Origin: Eledone cirrhosa
Taxonomy: Eukaryota
Direction: 5' to 3'
Assembly: GCA_964016885.1 (NCBI GenBank)
Contig: OZ024742.1
Coordinates: forward strand, 84,010,001 to 84,074,000
DNA: 64,000 nt
Shown: piece by piece, positions 59,200 to 64,000 of the stretch
Position numbering within the stretch: position 1 is the stretch's first letter
How the letters are laid out: the number at the start of each line of letters is the position of its first letter
Notes under the pieces: generated by a model
Databases searched by the model: none
Told to the model about the DNA's origin: nothing
What the model saw: the letters and a program-made list of their open reading frames with translations, nothing else
Made by a program: the position numbers and the translations under genes

Positions 59200-59204
<5 letters not shown>

Positions 59205-61783
59205 CGTTTCAGAATTTGTTTAGCAAGATTCTTTATCTGAAAACGTGTGTTGAAACCGATATTGTTATGCTTTCGGAGGGTCTTGTTGCCAATAAGAAAC
59301 ACACGCACCAGTTGCTTTCACTCCAATTTATTATAAATTAAATTTATAAATTTAAGAATTTATAAATTTCCGGTTGGTTGGTTGGTTCCATAACAGGACG
59401 GTTGTTCATATATTGTCAAAGTTCTTTCGTCACACATTCTGTGACCTCTTCAGTGACCGGGGATTCTTTTCTTTGTTTTGTGCCTCTCTTTTGTTCTGTC
59501 CTACGCCATCTTGTTTTAGTTTGCGCATGTGTTACATCCGGTTGTCTGTGTGTGTTTTTATTTGTTTATTTATTTGTTTATTTACATGTTACTAGTTAGT
59601 TGTTTGTTCTATGTGTGTGTGTGTTTTCTCCCTGATCATACGCCCCATCATTGAAATGTCCACAGATATATGTGACCTCCTCAGCAGAATCAGCGAAAAT
59701 AACCGATCTAGGGACCTAAGAGACTGTATAATAGGTAGTATGGATGTTGTGTCCCTATATCCATCCATTGACGTGGATTTTGCTGTGGAGAAATGCGTAG
59801 AAATGATCAGTGAGAGCAATGTTGAATTCCGTGGGATAAATACCAGTGAGCTGGGACTCCTACTTAAACTTACCTATAGTAATGATTATCTAGATACATA
59901 TGACCTTAGCACCCTGTGCCCTACAAAACCAGCAAGAGGCAGACCACCTACCATTACCTCAATGGCCAAGAAAACCCACACAGAAAGATGGAACGGGTGG
60001 ATCAGAGCCATACGGATCCCCGAAAACCACGATGAACTAAAGAAAATGATTGCACATGCGGTGGGGGCCAGTATAAAATTAACCCTTAAGGAACATATGT
60101 TCAAATTTAATGGAAAAACATGCCCAAGAGGAGGCAGCAGCCATTGGTGTTAGCATTGCAGGTGACATAGCTAAACCTATTCATGGTATGGTGGGACATA
60201 AACTTAAACTTAAAGAACAATTAGAAGACAGCAACCTCTTAACCCTGATAATGTACTCCCGCTACGTTGATGATATAAACATCATAGTAAACCCCCCCAC
60301 TAGAGAACAGTCAGGAATTAGAGAAAAACACCATGGAAAGCATCCAGCAAATAGCTAACTCCATCCACCAGAGCATTAGAGTTACTATAGACTACCCAAG
60401 CAAACACCCCAACCATCGATTACCTGTACTAGACACATAGCTCTGGTTAGAAACCATTAATAACAAAAAACAAATCCTCCATTCCCATTATGCCAAACCC
60501 ATGACTTCCAAATACCTGATCCACCGAAACTCAGCTGTTTCGGATCACACCAAAATCAACATACTGATTGCGGATTTGGTACGAGTGATGAGAAACGTGC
60601 CCCGCATGTGCAACCCCAAATAACTAGAGAGACACATACAACACTTCATCCACCGTATGCAGTTCTCTGGTTACAATCAGAGAGATAAAATCAGAGTATA
60701 TAGAGGAGCCAGAACCAAATGGGGAAAAATGGTAAATAATGATACAAATGGGACCTGCCCCTTGTATAGGAGCAAATTTTGGAATATAATAGAAAGAACT
60801 AGGAATAAGGTTAATAGAATGGTAACATCACACTCTGGTATTTATTGCTATCATGATATGATAGCAATAAATACCAGAGTGTGATGTTCATCAATACAAC
60901 CCCTAGCTTACAAATTTAGATAAACTTAAGATTAAGATAGTAGAAAGACCAGGTACCTCCATAAAAACACTTATTAGCAATACATACCCTTCTCAAAGAC
61001 CTCCCTGTATAGATAAGAAATGCATAATCTCTAAACTAAGCACCCATATTAACTGTAAAAACTAGAAATGTAGTATATAGCATAAGATGTACTGAAGGAC
61101 AATGTAAAGATAAGAATATAGTGTACATAGGTGAGACAGCTCGTAGCATAGGAGAACGGTTAAATGAACACTGGCGAGAACTTCAAGATAAAAAAGAATC
61201 ATCAATACTCCATCAACATGCTAAAATCGAACATAAGGGTAAATTAGAGAACATAGAAATAAAAATAGAATCTACACACAGAAAAGAAGCAATGTTTAGA
61301 TAAGTCACAGAGGCAATAAACATAAATGAACTCCAACCAAAATTAAATAGAAAACATGAATGGAATAGCAACATCACAACTTACAATTAAGGATAAAATG
61401 AAAACACACACACACATAGAACAAACAACCAACCAGTAACAGGTAAATAAACAAATAAATAAACAAATATAAACACACACAGACACCCGGATGTAAGACA
61501 TGCGCAAACTAAGCACACAACACACACAAAAACAAGATGGCGTAGGACAGAACAAAGGAGAGGCACAAAACAAAGAAAATAATCCCCGGTCACTGATGAG
61601 GTCACAGGATGTGTGACGAAAGAACTTTGACAATATATGAACAACCGTCCAGTTATGGAACCAACCAACCAACCAACCGGAAATTTATAACTTCTTAAAT
61701 TTATAAATTTAATTTATAATAAATTGGAGTGAAAGCTACTGGTGCGTGTGTTTCTTATTGGAAACATGACCCTCCCAAAGCAT

Positions 61784-61790
<7 letters not shown>
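59200..61790 (+). mobile_element. Penelope-like element of a second clade (possibly Neptune-like) with inverted pLTRs, decayed ORF ~59635-61390
   Basis: IGSMDVVSLYPSI, AIGVSIAG, YSRYVDDI, LPVLD, VVY.I.C....C....YIGETARS.GERLNEH; ~59260-59627 is the reverse complement of ~61402-61790; flanked by (TA)n. Confidence 0.9.
61589..61631 (+). ncRNA. Type I hammerhead ribozyme in the 3' pLTR (inverted copy at 59415-59457)
   Basis: gtca-CTGATGA-g-gtcaca(ggatg)tgtgac-GAAA-gaac-TT-tgac. Confidence 0.78.
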
Positions 61791-61849
<59 letters not shown>

Positions 61850-62211
61850 GTAGTACACTTAAGGTAATAAGTAGTGGTAGAGGACTCAGTCCATCGAACG
61901 AGTTAGGTAGAAGTGGTTACACAACAGTTAGTTCACCATACTGAGAACAATAACTACAAATCTCCGGATTGAATTACAACAACCTCCTAATTTTTTTATC
62001 AACTACAAACTTTAGGACTTTAGCAGTTATCTCCCTTACACCTCTCGCACGCAATTTTCATTTTGTCTGGGTGAAGTGACCGTTTCTGCGCATGCGCGTC
62101 CATACGGCTGTCCTTCCCGTTCCGTATAACCATGTCCATTACGAGCTGAGGATTCGCTAAGGTGAAACAATAATTGTTCTCGGTATGATGAACTAACTGT
62201 CGTGTAACCAC

Positions 62212-62259
<48 letters not shown>

Positions 62260-62479
62260 GCAAGTATGTATGTATACGTACATACATATATGTATAAAGA
62301 CGTACAGTAGTATGTATATATATATACATACATGCACACACATATATATATGTACGTATGGGTTTAACGAACATCTATTATAATGCTCGGTTTGTTTGTA
62401 AACAAACAAACAGCCCGAATTACGCCGTACAGTTTTCAGGCAACCACCGTCGCCCTTTTGTTCAACACTGACACAGGAA

Positions 62480-62520
62480 CGATGTACTAGTTTCAAGCTT
62501 ATTAGCTATCGTCAGCATCG
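62480..62520 (-). ncRNA. Type I hammerhead ribozyme, dispersed copy of the 35687-36557 unit
   Basis: Minus strand cgatg-CTGACGA-tagc(taataa)gctt-GAAA-ctag-TA-catcg. Confidence 0.75.
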
Positions 62521-62757
62521 TATACCTTTCTGCCAGATGATTGAACGTCTGAAAGTATATACTTTCCTTATGCATATTAACGGCTGAGCAGCCTAATTTG
62601 CATATCGAGTGAGTTAGTCGGCCGGGCGCACCGAAAACGATAAACGGAAAAGAATGAAACGAAATTTCATTTCTCACTCTTAGAACGGCTGATACTTAAA
62701 TGTAAGTATGTATACGTACATACATATATGTATACATACGTACAGTAGTATATAGTG

Positions 62758-62970
62758 AAGGCGTGTGGCTGAGTGGTTAGAGAATTGGATTCGCAATCGT
62801 AAGGTTGTGAGTTCAATTCCTGGACCGGCCGATGCGTTATGTCCTTGAGCAAGACACTTTATTTCACGTTGCTCCTACTACCTGGAGTTGCGACCGATAG
62901 ATAGTATTAGCAATTGGAAAGACCAACGGAAACTTTGTTTCCTCGGTCCGATTTGACGAAAGTCGATCGC
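62758..62970 (+). mobile_element. tRNA-derived CORE-type SINE (partial copies 32318-32468 and 46503-46675)
   Basis: A-box TGGCTGAGTGG, B-box GAGTTCAATTCC, then tgtccttgagcaagacactt resembling the MIR/CORE domain. Confidence 0.8.
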
Positions 62971-63033
62971 TCAAAGATATATATATATATAAATATATAT
63001 AGTAAAATGTTGTTTCATGATTGATAGAGTTAG

Positions 63034-63067
<34 letters not shown>

Positions 63068-63453
63068 GGAGAGAGAGAGAGGATTAATAAAAGAATAGAG
63101 TGAGTTAGAAAAAAGTGAAGAAAGAGGAAAAGAAAAAGAAGTGTATATGTAAGGTTTGAAGGCGATGGCTTTGGATGTGGAGAGAGGGATGTTGATTGTA
63201 GGAAAACATACATATACTAAAAACTAGTAATAGAGACAGTGATTAGATATGGTAAGAGGTGATGGGGTTGTAGATTTTGGGATTAACAGAGAGGAGGTTA
63301 TGTCTGAGAAGGAAGAAATAAAATATGAAAAGTCAAATGTAAATGAAAGGAAAATGAGGGAGACTTTAGTCGGAAGACTATGGTGAGGCTTACAATTACT
63401 TATGCATATATAACAAATATTTCTTAAATATTGTAAGTTAGAACACATGACTG

Positions 63454-63523
<70 letters not shown>

Positions 63524-64000
63524 GCCACACACACACACACATTTATATATATATATACATACATTTGTAGACGCATACATATATGTATTTATACATTCAC
63601 ATGCGCGCAAACACATGCACGCATGCGTATATTATTTTGCCATGTCGTTCAAGTATTTGAAATCGAAATTTATGACATGAGTCTATACATGTAAATTTTC
63701 AATACAGTGTTAACGTATACATGTATATAACGAATATATGTATATGCACAAGCGTGCATACACTTGCACATGCACAGATATACATGCACATACATAAACA
63801 TACCATCCACACCTTCACATTTGTTTACACATATTTTCAAACATCTTAGGAGAAGGAAGTTATGATCGCACATTAAATTTATATATATATATATTCTGAT
63901 ATTTTACTTTTATGTGTATGTGAAATTCAGTCCACTTGTCCTAGTTTCTATGTGTGAGCATGAATGTTTTAAGAATATACGTACGTGTATATACCGCTGC

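Noticed and set aside
62758-62830. Possible tRNA gene
   Set aside because: Continues into a CORE-like SINE body present in other copies; treated as a SINE head.

Overview
AT-rich, microsatellite-saturated metazoan genomic DNA, most consistent with a cephalopod mollusc such as Octopus (inference from composition, CORE-type SINEs and gene content). The window holds the 3' six exons of one host gene on the + strand, which the ORF track does not resolve: 3623-3820, 8158-8358, 19503-19855, 20710-20800, 25941-26017 and 28241-28288. These splice in frame into two 8-Cys chitin-binding (peritrophin-A/CBM14) modules plus a laminin-G domain, i.e. a Pif/BMSP/LamG3-like matrix protein. The rest is mostly transposon debris: decayed autonomous and non-autonomous Helitrons, a DD37D (maT) transposon, hAT remnants, tRNA-derived SINEs and several Penelope-like retroelements (RT plus GIY-YIG). 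The most striking hidden structure is more than 20 type I hammerhead ribozyme motifs from about a dozen sequence families. Most sit in short fold-back (inverted-repeat) modules in (TA)n tracts. Several families carry a compensatory U3-A8 core, and one family forms a tandem ~420-bp non-coding repeat with one hammerhead and an octamer motif per unit. All folding and alignment was done by eye; no searches were run.
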